Shown: piece by piece, positions 28,009 to 38,110 of the stretch
Numbering within the stretch: the stretch's first letter is position 1
How the letters are laid out: each line of letters begins with the position of its first letter
Origin: an uncultured Chloroflexia bacterium
GTDB taxonomy: Bacteria > Chloroflexota > Limnocylindria > Limnocylindrales > CSP1-4
Direction of reading: 5' to 3'
DNA: 64,000 nucleotides
NCBI GenBank assembly: GCA_963709605.1
Contig: CAVPWX010000013.1
Location: 138,447-202,446, forward strand
Notes under the pieces: model-generated
The model's database searches: none
Seen by the model: the letters and a program-made list of their open reading frames with translations, nothing else
What the model was told of the DNA's origin: nothing
Made by a program: the position numbers and the translations under genes

Positions 28009-29163
28009 TTGGCCACAGCGATGACCGAACTGGTCACCCCGGACCTCCTCGCACGTGCGGCCGACCCGCCCCTGCGAGTCGGCCGGGGAACGCTGCCGAC
28101 AACGCTCCGGGCTCTGCCGCACGGCTGGTCGCTCGTCACCCAGGCCGAGCCGCTCGCCCATCTCGACCCCGGGCTCATCGCGGCCGCCGGCGCGAGCACC
28201 CACCTCGTCGACTCGCTTGCCGTCGAGGCGCTCGATCGCCTCGCCGCCGGCCTGCCCGACAGCGCCGCGCCCGTCGTGGGGCTCGGCGGCGGGATGGCCC
28301 TCGACGCCGCGAAGTGGTGCGCCTGGCGGACGGGCCGGCCCCTCGTTCTCGTCCCGGGCGCCGTCTCGGTCGACGCGGCCGTCACGAACACGATCGCGGT
28401 GCGGGAGGCCGGCGGCGTCGTCTACCGCGGGTTCGTGGTGGCGGACGCGATCGTGCTGGATCCCGACCTGGTCACGCGGGCGCCCGCTCGCCTGAACCGC
28501 GCCGGCGTCGGCGACCTCCTCTCGATCCACACCGGGCTCCACGACTGGCGGTGCGGGGCGGCCGCCGGGACGATCGCCTTCGACGAGGGGATCGCCGCCG
28601 CGGCCGCCTCCGTCCTCGACCGGATCGAGGTCCTCGCGCCGGAGATCGGGGCCGTGGGCGACGCCGGGCTGGAAGGCGTCCTGCGCGCCTACGCCGAGGT
28701 CAACGCGCTCTGCCTCCGGGCGGGCCACAGCGGCCCCGAGGAGGGCTCGGAGCACTACTTCGGCTACGCGCTGGAGCAGGCCACCGGCCGCTCCTTCGTC
28801 CACGGCGAGCTCATCGGCCTGGGGACGGTCCTGATGGCGACCCTCCAGGAGAACGACCCCGACCGCCCGCGGCGGATCCTGGACGCATGCCGGGTCGACT
28901 GGAGCCCCGCCGCCCTCGGCGTGGACCGGGCCGCGATCCACGAAGCCCTGGTCGGTCTCCCCGCCTTCGTGCGGGCCCAGCAGCTGCCCCGATCCGTCAT
29001 CGACCAGTCCGACCTCGGGCCGGGCGCCGCTGACGCCCTCCTGGCGACGGGTGCTCGGCCCGATCCCCGACGCCATCCCTGCCTGAACGGAGGAAGCCGA
29101 TGTCTGCCGAACCCACGGGAGTCACGATCGCGGCGGAGACCGAGGTCCCGGTCGAGAACCTGA
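28009..29163 (+). CDS. Fe-ADH_2 / glycerol-1-phosphate dehydrogenase-like oxidoreductase (paralog 2); 3' end probably frame-shifted
   Basis: GLGGGMALDAAKW, PEEGSEHYFGYALE and HGELIGLG. TTG start 9 nt after GGAGG. As written, the ORF overlaps the next gene by 64 nt. Removing one C from CCCC (29065-29068) ends it at TGA 29084-29086, just before the SD and ATG of the next gene. Confidence 0.75.
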   Translation: MATAMTELVTPDLLARAADPPLRVGRGTLPTTLRALPHGWSLVTQAEPLAHLDPGLIAAAGASTHLVDSLAVEALDRLAAGLPDSAAPVVGLGGGMALDAAKWCAWRTGRPLVLVPGAVSVDAAVTNTIAVREAGGVVYRGFVVADAIVLDPDLVTRAPARLNRAGVGDLLSIHTGLHDWRCGAAAGTIAFDEGIAAAAASVLDRIEVLAPEIGAVGDAGLEGVLRAYAEVNALCLRAGHSGPEEGSEHYFGYALEQATGRSFVHGELIGLGTVLMATLQENDPDRPRRILDACRVDWSPAALGVDRAAIHEALVGLPAFVRAQQLPRSVIDQSDLGPGAADALLATGARPDPRRHPCLNGGSRCLPNPRESRSRRRPRSRSRT

Positions 29164-30245
29164 CCCGCTGGCACGCCGCCATCGCCGACGAGCTGCGGCA
29201 GGCCTTCGAGGCCGTGCTGCCGGTGGGGAAGTACACGCTCGGGAGCCAGCTGGCGGCCTTCGAGCAGGAGTTCGCGGCGTACTGCGACAGCGCGTTCGGG
29301 ATCGGCATCAGCAGCGGCACCGCCGCGCTCCACCTGGGGCTGCGGGCGCTGGGCGTCGGCCCGGGCGACGAGGTGATCACCGTCCCGAACACCTACGTCG
29401 CCACCGTCTTCGCGATCACCTACACGGGAGCCACGCCGGTCTTCGTCGACGTCGATCCCGCGACGGCGAACATGGACCCGGGTCGGGTCGGGTCGGCCCT
29501 CACGGGCCGCACCAAGGCCATCATCCCCGTCCACATGTACGGCCAGTGCGTGGACGTGGACGCCATCCGGGCGGCCGCCCCCGGGGTCCCCATCCTCGAG
29601 GATGCGGCGCACGCGCACGGCGCCACCTACCGCGGGCGGAAGGCGGGGAGCCTCGGTGAGCTCGCCGAGTTCAGCTTCTACCCGTCGAAGATCATGGGCG
29701 CGCTCGGGGACGGCGGTATGCTCACGACGAGCGATCCCGAGCTGGATGCCCGGATCCGCCAGCTTCGCTACATGGGCCAGAAGGGCGTGAAGCACGAGCA
29801 CCTCGTCCTCGGCTACCAGGAGCGCCTCGACGAGATCCAGGCGGCGTTCCTGCGGGTCAAGCTCGGCCACCTCGAGGACCAGGTCGCCGGCCGGCGGCGG
29901 GTCGCCGCCCGCTACGCCGGCTGGCTGGAGGGAACGCCCGTCGAGCCCCCGGCCCACGACGTGACCGGCCGCCACGCCTACTACATGTACACGGTCCTCG
30001 CCCCGCGCCGCGAGGAGCTGCGGGCCTACCTCGATGCTCGCGGCATCCGGACCCAGCTCATCTACCCGAAGCTCGTCCCGGAGCAGGGGGCCTACGCCGC
30101 CAGCCCCTGGCGGGCGGCCGACCCGCTCGACGTCGCCCGGTCTCTCGTTCCCCGTCTGCTGTGCCTGCCGATGTTCGCCGAGCTCACCGACGCGGAGGTC
30201 GACCGCGTGGGCCGCGCGATCCGCGACTTCTACGGCGCATCCTGA
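29100..30245 (+). CDS. DegT/DnrJ/EryC1/StrS-family PLP-dependent sugar aminotransferase
   Basis: GDEVITVPNTYVAT, EDAAHAHGA and the catalytic-Lys region FSFYPSKIMGALGDGG. Confidence 0.9.
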   Translation: MSAEPTGVTIAAETEVPVENLTRWHAAIADELRQAFEAVLPVGKYTLGSQLAAFEQEFAAYCDSAFGIGISSGTAALHLGLRALGVGPGDEVITVPNTYVATVFAITYTGATPVFVDVDPATANMDPGRVGSALTGRTKAIIPVHMYGQCVDVDAIRAAAPGVPILEDAAHAHGATYRGRKAGSLGELAEFSFYPSKIMGALGDGGMLTTSDPELDARIRQLRYMGQKGVKHEHLVLGYQERLDEIQAAFLRVKLGHLEDQVAGRRRVAARYAGWLEGTPVEPPAHDVTGRHAYYMYTVLAPRREELRAYLDARGIRTQLIYPKLVPEQGAYAASPWRAADPLDVARSLVPRLLCLPMFAELTDAEVDRVGRAIRDFYGAS

Positions 30246-30252
30246 GGGCGTG

Positions 30253-31477
30253 ATGGCACGCCTCGTCGTCCTGGGCGGCTCCGGCGCCTCGACGCCGGAG
30301 CTCGCCGACGCCCTCGTCGCCTGGCCGGGCGGGCTCGCCCGCCGGCCGCCCCTCACGATCGTCCTGCAGGGTCGCTCGGCCGACAAGCTGGCCATCGTCG
30401 CCCGGGCGTTCCGGGCACGCCTGGCCGGCGCCGGCGGGCCGGCGGTCGCCGTCGAGGAGAGCACCGACCTGGGGGCGGCCCTCGACGGAGCCGACGTCGT
30501 CCTCAACCAGGTCCGCGTCGGGGGTCTCGCGGCGCGCGCGTTCGACGAGACGTTCCCGCGCCCGTTCGGGATCCCCGGCGAGGAGACGATGGGGCCGGGC
30601 GGGTTCGCCAACGCTCTTCGCACGGTGCCGGCCCTGGCCTCGACGTGGGAGGCGGTCGGTCGACGCGCGCCCCGGGCGCTCGTCGTCAACCTGACGAACC
30701 CCTCCGGGATCGTGGTGGCGGTCGCGGCGCGCGGCTTCGGGCTCGACGTGGTCTCCGTCTGCGACTCGCCCGTCACGCTGACCGAATCGGTCGCTTCGCG
30801 GGTGGGCCGCTCTCGTGCCGACGTGCGCTCCCGGTATCTCGGCTGCAACCACGCAGGGTGGTGGGTGGCGGCGGACGACGCCGAGCTGGCTGCGGTGGCC
30901 GGGCTGGCGACGGGCCTCACCGAGGAGGAGGTGCTGACTGCCGGCGCCCTCCCGGCTCCATACGGCCGCTACTACCTGGTCCCGGACCGGATCGTCGCCG
31001 CGCAGGCGAACGGCCCATCCCGGGCCGAGCAGCTGCAGGAGCTGGAGGCTCGCCTGCTCGATGCGTATGCCGGTGCCGGGCGGCGAGCCTGCGCCGCGCC
31101 GGGGCGCCGCGTGGTATCCCAAGGCCGTGGTTCCCCTCCTCGACGCGTACTGGAACGGCAGCTCCCTCCCGGAGGTCGTTGGGCTCGTCGTCGACGGCTC
31201 CGTGCCGGGGATCCCCTCCGGGGTCGTGGTGGAGCGTGCGGCCGATGTCGCGACCCCGGGAGCGATCGTCCCGCTTCCCGCGCCAACCCTGCCGCCCCTT
31301 CCCGCGGCGGTCCTCTCCTCGCACGCCGCGTACGAGGCGCTCGTGGTGGAGGCGCTCTCGACGGGCGGCTCGCGCCGCGCGCTCGTGCGCGCCCTTTCTG
31401 CGAACCCGATGGTCCGCGACCTGGACCGCGCGGCCGCCCTGGTCGACGCGATCCTGGCCGGCTCGCCGCGAGGCTGA
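30253..31477 (+). pseudogene. glycoside hydrolase family 4-like (NAD-dependent glycosidase), frame-shifted near 31078
   Basis: LVVLGGSGASTP (NAD fold), GEETMGPGGFANALRTVP, VNLTNPSG and LGCNHAGWW. ...LLDAYAGAG continues in another frame as EPAPRRGAAWYPKAVVPLLDAYWNG.... Total length is 3n+1. Confidence 0.7.
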
Positions 31478-31478
31478 C

Positions 31479-32471
31479 GTGGGAACGGGCGGTCGAGGGA
31501 GCGGCGTCGTCGGAGCAGTCGATGTCGGCGCGACGAAGACGCTCGTCGCCGTCGCTCCCGCGACCGCAGCGAGCGAGCTCGCGGGGCCCATTGGCCGGTG
31601 GCGAGTTCGCAGACTCATCACGGATCGCGATCCGGATCGCTGCCTCGCCGCGGTGGCCACCGCCATCGTCGATCTCGCCGCCGGCGATCCCGTTCGCGCC
31701 GTCGGGGTCGCGGCCCCGGGCCCGCTGGACCCTGCCCGCGGCGTCATCCTCCACTCCCCCAACCTGGGGTGGAGGGATCACCCGTTCGGTCCGGCCCTTG
31801 CCGGGGCCGTGGGCGCCCCGGTCTGCCTGGAGGACGACGCGAACGCGGGGGCGCTGGGGGAGGCACTGCACGGCGCCGGGACTGGCCATGACCCGGTCGC
31901 GTACCTGACCCTCTCCACCGGCGTCGGCGCCGGCATCGTGGTCGGCGGAGGGATCGTTCGGGGCGCGCACCAGGCCGCCGGCGAGATCGGCCACCTCGTC
32001 GTCGATGCGGCCGGGCCTCGCTGTGGGTGCGGCGGCGCGGGACACGTGGAGGCTTTCGTCGGCGGGGCGGGCCTGGCGCGCCGCGCGGCGGCGGCGTGGC
32101 CGGCCGCGACCCTGGCGGACGGGAGTCCCGCTCCCCGGAACGCGGGGGAGGTCCTCCGGCTCGCCCGCGCCGGGGACCCGACCGCGGTGCGCCTGGCAGA
32201 TGACGCCACGGAGGCGCTCGCCCGCGCGATCGCCGCGGTGAGCGCGGTGCTCGACCCGGGCGTGATCGTCGTCGGCGGGTCGCTCGGACGCGGCCAGCGG
32301 GCCCTCGTCCGGCGTTCCGCGGCGCGCGCCCGCCGGCTCGTCATCCCGCAGGCCGGGGGGTCGCTCCGGGTCGTGCCGGCGGCCCTCGGCGAGCGAAGCC
32401 CGCTCGTCGGCGCCGCCGTCCTTGCATCCGGACTCGCCGCGGCCGCCTCCCGCAAGGGACGGCACGGATGA
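31479..32471 (+). CDS. ROK-family sugar kinase (glucokinase-like)
   Basis: VGAVDVGATKT, DDANAGALGE and the Zn motif CGCGGAGHVEAF. The GTG start lies 1 nt after the upstream stop. Confidence 0.85.
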   Translation: MGTGGRGSGVVGAVDVGATKTLVAVAPATAASELAGPIGRWRVRRLITDRDPDRCLAAVATAIVDLAAGDPVRAVGVAAPGPLDPARGVILHSPNLGWRDHPFGPALAGAVGAPVCLEDDANAGALGEALHGAGTGHDPVAYLTLSTGVGAGIVVGGGIVRGAHQAAGEIGHLVVDAAGPRCGCGGAGHVEAFVGGAGLARRAAAAWPAATLADGSPAPRNAGEVLRLARAGDPTAVRLADDATEALARAIAAVSAVLDPGVIVVGGSLGRGQRALVRRSAARARRLVIPQAGGSLRVVPAALGERSPLVGAAVLASGLAAAASRKGRHG

Positions 32472-33535
32472 CGGCCTCGCTCCGCGGCCCATCGCTGATG
32501 GCCCGGGAGATCGCCGAGATCCCGGCGGTGGTGGCGCGCGCCCTCGAGGAGGGGGCCGGCGAGCTCGACGCGGCCGCCCGCGAGATCGCCCGGCGGGCGC
32601 CGCGCTTCGTCCTGATCGCCGCCCGGGGGACCTCCGACCATGCCGGGCTCTACGCCCGCTACCTCATCGAGACCACCCTCGGCATCCCGGTGGGCCTCGC
32701 GGCGGCCTCGATCACGACGATCTACCGGGCGCCGCTCCGCTGGGACGACGTCCTCCTGATCGCGGTCTCGCAGTCGGGGGCCGGCCCGGACGTGGCCGCG
32801 GTCGTCGACGCCGCGCGGCGGGCCGGGGCCCCGACCCTGGCAATCACGAACGAGCCGGATTCCCCGCTCGCGGCGGCCGCCGAGCTGGTCATCCCCCTCC
32901 GTGCTGGAGAAGAGCGGGCCGTCGCGGCGACGAAGACCTATGCGGCGTCGCTGGCGGTGATCGCGGGACTCGTGGCCCGGCTCGCCGGCGCGCCGGCGTG
33001 GGGGGCCGGCCTGGCGGCGCTCCCGGAGGCGCTCGCGGCGACTCTCGAGCAGGCCGGGCCGTGGGTCCGCGGGCCCGGCGCGGCGTGCGTCGGGGCCCTC
33101 GCCGCGGCGGACGAGGCCCTGGTGGTCTCGCGCGGCCACAACTTCGCGACCGCGCTCGAGATCGCCCTGAAGCTGCGCGAGACCGGGCGCATCTTCGCCG
33201 ACGGCTACTCGACTGCCGACCTCCTCCACGGGCCGGTCGCGGTGGCGGGCCCGGCGGTGCCCACGATCGCGATCCGCCCCGACGGCCCGGCCGGAGCCGC
33301 CGTCGACGACGCGCTCGCCGTCGCGGCCCGGCGCGGCGTGGTCCCCTGGCTGATCGGGGGGCGCGAGGTGGCCAGCGGCGGTCACGCGCTCGTCGTCGCC
33401 CCCGACCTGCCGGAGCCGCTGACGCCGCTCGCCTACGTGCTGCCGGGCTTCCTCCTCGCGGAGGCCGCGGCGCGCGCCCGCGGGCGGGACCCCGACGCCC
33501 CGGCCGGCCTCAGCAAGGTGACCCGGACGCGCTGA
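32468..33535 (+). CDS. double-SIS-domain sugar-phosphate isomerase/deaminase (GlmS C-terminal / FrlB / AgaS-like)
   Basis: ARGTSDHAG...AVSQSGAGPDV...ITNEPDSPLA in the first SIS domain, followed by a second SIS domain. ATGA overlap with the ROK gene. Confidence 0.85.
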   Translation: MTASLRGPSLMAREIAEIPAVVARALEEGAGELDAAAREIARRAPRFVLIAARGTSDHAGLYARYLIETTLGIPVGLAAASITTIYRAPLRWDDVLLIAVSQSGAGPDVAAVVDAARRAGAPTLAITNEPDSPLAAAAELVIPLRAGEERAVAATKTYAASLAVIAGLVARLAGAPAWGAGLAALPEALAATLEQAGPWVRGPGAACVGALAAADEALVVSRGHNFATALEIALKLRETGRIFADGYSTADLLHGPVAVAGPAVPTIAIRPDGPAGAAVDDALAVAARRGVVPWLIGGREVASGGHALVVAPDLPEPLTPLAYVLPGFLLAEAAARARGRDPDAPAGLSKVTRTR

Positions 33536-33563
33536 GCCGCGCCGCGGATGTCATTCTTCGCCC

Positions 33564-34688
33564 ATGCAGATCGCCGACTTCGCCCTGGAGCGCTACCTGG
33601 CCCGCTGGGAGTTCGTCGCCGAGCATCCGATGTGCGCGTCGGACGTCGAAGGCTGGCGCGTGGCGGACCTCCTCGCGCTCGCCGACGACGAGGCGCGGAC
33701 CCGCTGGGAGAGCCTGCAGCTCGGCTACACGGAGCCGAACGGCGACCCGCTGCTCCGCGCCGAGATCGCGGGCCTGTACGAGGGCCTCCACCCCGACGAC
33801 ACGCTCGTCTGCTCCGGCGCCGAGGAGGCTCTCTTCTGCCTCTTCTCCACGCTCCTGGGCCCCGGCGACCACGTCGTCGTGACGTGGCCCGGCTACCAGA
33901 GCCTGTACGAGGTCGCGCGCGCGGCCGGCGCGGACGTCACCCTGCACGAGCTGCACGAGGCCGACGGCTGGGCGCTCGACGTCGAGCGGCTCGTCGCCTC
34001 CATCCGCCCCGCGACGCGGGCCCTGATCGTCAACGCGCCCCACAACCCCACCGGCATGCTCCCCACGGCCGGGGAGTGGCGGGCCCTCGGCGAGGCCTGC
34101 CGCGAAGCCGGCGTGCGTCTCGTGGCCGACGAGGTGTACCGGTTCCTCGAGCACGACGGGCGGGCACCCCTGGCCGCAGGCGCGGAGCTGGCGCCGTCGT
34201 TCGTCTCCGTCGGCGGGCTGTCGAAGTCGTTCGCCCTGGCCGGCCTCCGGATCGGCTGGCTGGCCTCGCGGGATCGCGACCTCCTGGCCCGCTGCAACAC
34301 GCTCAAGGACTACACCACGATCTGCGCCGCAGCCCCATCCGAGGTCCTCGCCCTGGTCGCGCTCCGGGCCCGCGAGACCGTCCTGGCCCGCTCGCGGGCG
34401 ATCGTCGGTCCGAACCTGGAGCTGTTCGATGCGTTCCTCGCCGAACGGCCCGGATTCGCCTCGTGGGTCCGGCCGGCGGGCGGCTCCGTCGGCTTCCCGC
34501 ACCTTGCCGCCGGCCTCGACGCCGACCTTTTCGCCGCCGAGCTCGTCGAGACGAAGGGGGTGCTCCTCCTGCCGGGCAGCGCGTTCGGCCACCCCGGCAA
34601 CCACGTGCGGGTGGGGCTCGGTCGCGGGGACTTCTCGCTCGCGCTGGAGCGGCTGGCGGCGTTCCTCGACGCGCGGGGGGTGGCCTAG
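33564..34688 (+). CDS. class I/II PLP-dependent aminotransferase
   Basis: NAPHNPTG and the PLP-lysine motif GGLSKSFALAGLRIGW. Confidence 0.85.
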   Translation: MQIADFALERYLARWEFVAEHPMCASDVEGWRVADLLALADDEARTRWESLQLGYTEPNGDPLLRAEIAGLYEGLHPDDTLVCSGAEEALFCLFSTLLGPGDHVVVTWPGYQSLYEVARAAGADVTLHELHEADGWALDVERLVASIRPATRALIVNAPHNPTGMLPTAGEWRALGEACREAGVRLVADEVYRFLEHDGRAPLAAGAELAPSFVSVGGLSKSFALAGLRIGWLASRDRDLLARCNTLKDYTTICAAAPSEVLALVALRARETVLARSRAIVGPNLELFDAFLAERPGFASWVRPAGGSVGFPHLAAGLDADLFAAELVETKGVLLLPGSAFGHPGNHVRVGLGRGDFSLALERLAAFLDARGVA

Positions 34689-36359
34689 CCTTCGCTGCCC
34701 CGTTCGCCGAGAACCGCGGCCCGGCTTCCAGGTCGCGGGATCGAAGAGCTCGGGGCGGTGCGTGAGCACGATCACCGTCCGACCCCGCGTCGCGGCCTCC
34801 AGGTCGGCCACGAAGGCGCGCGCCGTCGGCTCGTCGAGATGCTCGGTCGGCTCGTCGAGGACGAGGACCCGGACGTCGGCCAGGAGGGCCCGGGCCAGGG
34901 CGAGCCGCTGGCGCTGGCCGCCCGAGAGCCGGGCGCCGTGCTCGCCGACGGGGGTGTCCGGGCCGTCGGGGAGCGAGTCGACCCAGGCGAGCAGCTGCGC
35001 ATCCGCCAGCGCCCGGCGCAGATCGCCGGCGTCGGCGCCGGGGCGGGCCAGGCGCAGGTTGTCGGCGATCGTCGCATCGAAGACGTGGGGGTCCTGCTCG
35101 CAGAGGCCGATCGCCCGCCGGACGTCGTCGCCGGCGAGCGCCCGGAGGTCCAGCGGCCCGGCAGCGCCGACCAGCGCCAGCGAGCCCGCGGCCGGGTCGA
35201 GGAAGCGCAGGCAGGCCGCGGCGAACGTGCTCTTGCCGGACCCGCTCGGCCCGGTGACCACCGCGCGGCTGCCGGCCGGGACGTCGAGGTCCAGGCCGGG
35301 CAGCGCGTCCCGCGCCGCCGCCGGGTAGCGGAGGCGGAGCGCGGTCGCCCGCAGGCCGAGCTGCCCGGCGGGAACGGGGACAGGCGCGACCGGGTCCGGC
35401 ACGGGATCCGGCCGGTCGAGGACGTCCACCACGCGCCGCGCCGCGGCGGCCAGGCCGGGCAGGCCGCGGGCGGCCGGCACGAGCGGGGCCACGACCTCGT
35501 GGACGGCGATCGGCGTGAGGGCGACGACGGCGAGGGCGACCCCGGCGAGCCAGCCCTCGCGGAGGGCGACGATCCCGAGCAGCAGGGCGAGCCACGTGGA
35601 GGCGCCCGCCGCCAGGCCGGCGACGAGGCCGCCGATCCCTGCGCCGGCGGCGACCCGCCGCTCCGCCGCCGCGAGGCGGGCGTCCACCGCCGCGATGCCC
35701 TCCACCGCGCGCGGCGCGGCGCCGGTCGCGAGGATCTCCGGGGCGCCGCGGAGGAGGTCCACGGCCGCGTCGGCGAGGTCACCCCGCGCCGGCGCGACGA
35801 CCGCGTCCGCGCGACGGGCGAGGGCCGCGGCCGCGAGCGGCGCCCCGACCGCCGTCGCAAGGACGCCGACCGCGAGCGCAAGCCCCGCGCCGGGCACGAG
35901 GCTCCCGACGAGAAGCACGGCCCCGAGCGCCACGACACCGGCCGCCGCGTACGGCAGGAGCACCCGCAGCCAGAGGTCCGCCAGCCCGTCGACGTCGCCG
36001 ACGAGGCGCGCGAGGAGGTCGCCCGAGCGGAGCTCCGCGAGGCCCGCGGGAGCGAGGCGCGCGAGGCGCGCGTAGACGTCCGCGCGGAGCTCGCCGAGGA
36101 CCCGGAACGCGGCGTCGTGGGCGGCGAGCCGCTCGGCGTAGCGGAGCACGCCGCGGGCGATCCCGAAGGCGCGGACGGCCGTGACCGCGGTGAAGAGGTA
36201 GAGGACCGGGGGCTGCTCGGCGGCCCGCGCGATGAGCCAGGCCGACGTCGCCGCGAGCCCCACGGCCGCCGCCGCCGCCCCGGTCCCGGCGAGGACGGCA
36301 AGGGCGAGCCGGCCCCTCACCGGGCGCCCCAGGCGGGCGATCCGGAGCAGCGGCCTCAT
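34685..36359 (-). CDS. cydC: thiol reductant ABC exporter subunit CydC (3' end uncertain / frame-shifted)
   Basis: Six-TM domain plus an NBD ([35 protein letters not shown]). ATGA overlap with cydD. As written, the frame runs on to 33510, antisense through the aminotransferase. Removing one nt near GGG 34737-34739 ends it at the TAG sharing CTAG (34685-34688) with the convergent gene. Confidence 0.75.
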
Positions 36360-38083
36360 GGCGCGCCTCCCGCCCCGCTGGTGTCGACGGCGCCGGAGCG
36401 CGTCCCGCCGCCCGGCAGCGGCGCGGGAGCCGGCGGGAGCGCCGCCCACCCGATCTCCACGATCCGGTCGGCCGCGGCCGCGGCGGCCGGCCGGTGGGCG
36501 ACGAGCACGACCGCGGCCCCGGCATCGGCTGCTTCGCGCACGGCGGCGAGCACAGCCGCCTCGGCGGCCTCGTCGAGCCCCGCCGTCGGCTCGTCGAGGA
36601 GGAGCAGCGGGGCCGCGCGCAGCAGCGCCCGGGCGACCCCGATCCGGCGACGCTGCCCGGAGGAGAGGCTCGCGCCGCGCTCGCCGAGGACCGCGGCCGG
36701 GTCGAGGTCGCCCAGGCCGACGGCTGCCAGCGCCCCGGCGACGGCATCCTCGTCCCGGTCCGGCGCGGCCAGGCGGACGTTCTCGGCCACGGTCCCCGCG
36801 AACAGGAACGGAACCTGCGGAACCCATCCCACCTGCCGGCGCCACGCCTCGCCGTCGGTCGCCGCGAGGTCCACGGCCCGTCCGTCCGCCCCGACGAGCG
36901 CCACCCGCCCCTCGTCCGGCGCCACGAACCCGAGGAGGACCGCCAGGAGCGTGCTCTTCCCGGCGCCGCTCGGGCCGACGACCGCCACGACCTCGCCGGG
37001 CCGGACCTCGAGCGTTGCCCCCGCCGGGGCCTCGGCGTCGCGGCCGGGCTGGACGACGCTCACGCCCTCGACGACGAGACGGCCGCCAGCGAGCGCCGGC
37101 ACCTCGGCCCGGCCGCCCTCCGGGAGCCCCGGCGCGTCGAGGATCGCGAAGGCCCGCTGGGCCGCGGTGATCCCCTCCTCGCTGGCGTGGAACTCGGCGC
37201 CGAGCCGTCGCAGCGGCAGGTACGCCTCCGGGGCGAGGACGATCACGAAGAGGCCGGTCGCGAGGTCGAGCTCCCCGACGACGAGCCGGAGCCCCACCCC
37301 GACGGCGACGAGGGCAACGGAGATCGTGGCCAGCAGCTCGAGGACGAGGGCCGAGAGGAAGGCCACCCGGAGCGTCCCCATCGTCTCGATGCGGTACGCG
37401 TCGGTGACCCGGCGGAGGGTCGCGACCTGGGCGTCCGCCCGGCCGTACGCCCGGAGCGTCGGCAGGCCGGCGACCACGTCGAGGAAGCGGTGCGCGAGCC
37501 GGGCGAGGGCGGCCCAGCGGCGCCGGCGACGCGCCTCCGACATCCGCCCGACGAGGACCATGAAGACCGGGATGAGCGGGACCGTCAGGGCGACGGTCAG
37601 CGCCGCGACGAGGTCCGCCGTCGCCAGGCAGAGCACCACCGCGACCGGCACGATCGCGGCGAGGGCCACCTGGGGCAGGTAGCGGGCGAAATAGCCGTCG
37701 AGCGCGTCCAGGCCGCGGGTCGCCAGGACGACGAGCTCACCGCTCCGGGCCTCGGACGCCCAGCGGGGACCCAGCTCGACGGCGCGGGCGAGGAGGCGCC
37801 GCCGCAGGTCGGACTTCACCACGCCGCTGATCCGCTGGGCGACGATCTCGGCGCCCCAGCCGAGGCCGGCCCGGGCGACGAGGACGGCCGCGAGCAGGGC
37901 CAGCGGGAGCGCGAGCTCGGCCGGGCCTTCGCCGCCCTCGATGGCGGCGGCGATCGAGCCGGCCAGGAGCCCGGCCTGCGCGACGGCGAGGAGCGCGGTC
38001 AGCAGGCCCAGGGCGACGGCCGCCGCCAGGGCCGCCCTCGCGACCCGTGCCGAGGCGAGGAGGCGGCGGTCAGCCGGGGTCAT
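36356..38083 (-). CDS. cydD: thiol reductant ABC exporter subunit CydD
   Basis: TM domain plus an NBD (GPSGAGKST, LSSGQRRRIGVARAL, LLLDEPTAGLD). Located downstream of cydAB. Confidence 0.85.
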   Translation of the reverse strand: MTPADRRLLASARVARAALAAAVALGLLTALLAVAQAGLLAGSIAAAIEGGEGPAELALPLALLAAVLVARAGLGWGAEIVAQRISGVVKSDLRRRLLARAVELGPRWASEARSGELVVLATRGLDALDGYFARYLPQVALAAIVPVAVVLCLATADLVAALTVALTVPLIPVFMVLVGRMSEARRRRRWAALARLAHRFLDVVAGLPTLRAYGRADAQVATLRRVTDAYRIETMGTLRVAFLSALVLELLATISVALVAVGVGLRLVVGELDLATGLFVIVLAPEAYLPLRRLGAEFHASEEGITAAQRAFAILDAPGLPEGGRAEVPALAGGRLVVEGVSVVQPGRDAEAPAGATLEVRPGEVVAVVGPSGAGKSTLLAVLLGFVAPDEGRVALVGADGRAVDLAATDGEAWRRQVGWVPQVPFLFAGTVAENVRLAAPDRDEDAVAGALAAVGLGDLDPAAVLGERGASLSSGQRRRIGVARALLRAAPLLLLDEPTAGLDEAAEAAVLAAVREAADAGAAVVLVAHRPAAAAAADRIVEIGWAALPPAPAPLPGGGTRSGAVDTSGAGGAP

Positions 38084-38110
38084 GCACGGCCGGGGGACGC
38101 GGCCATGAGG

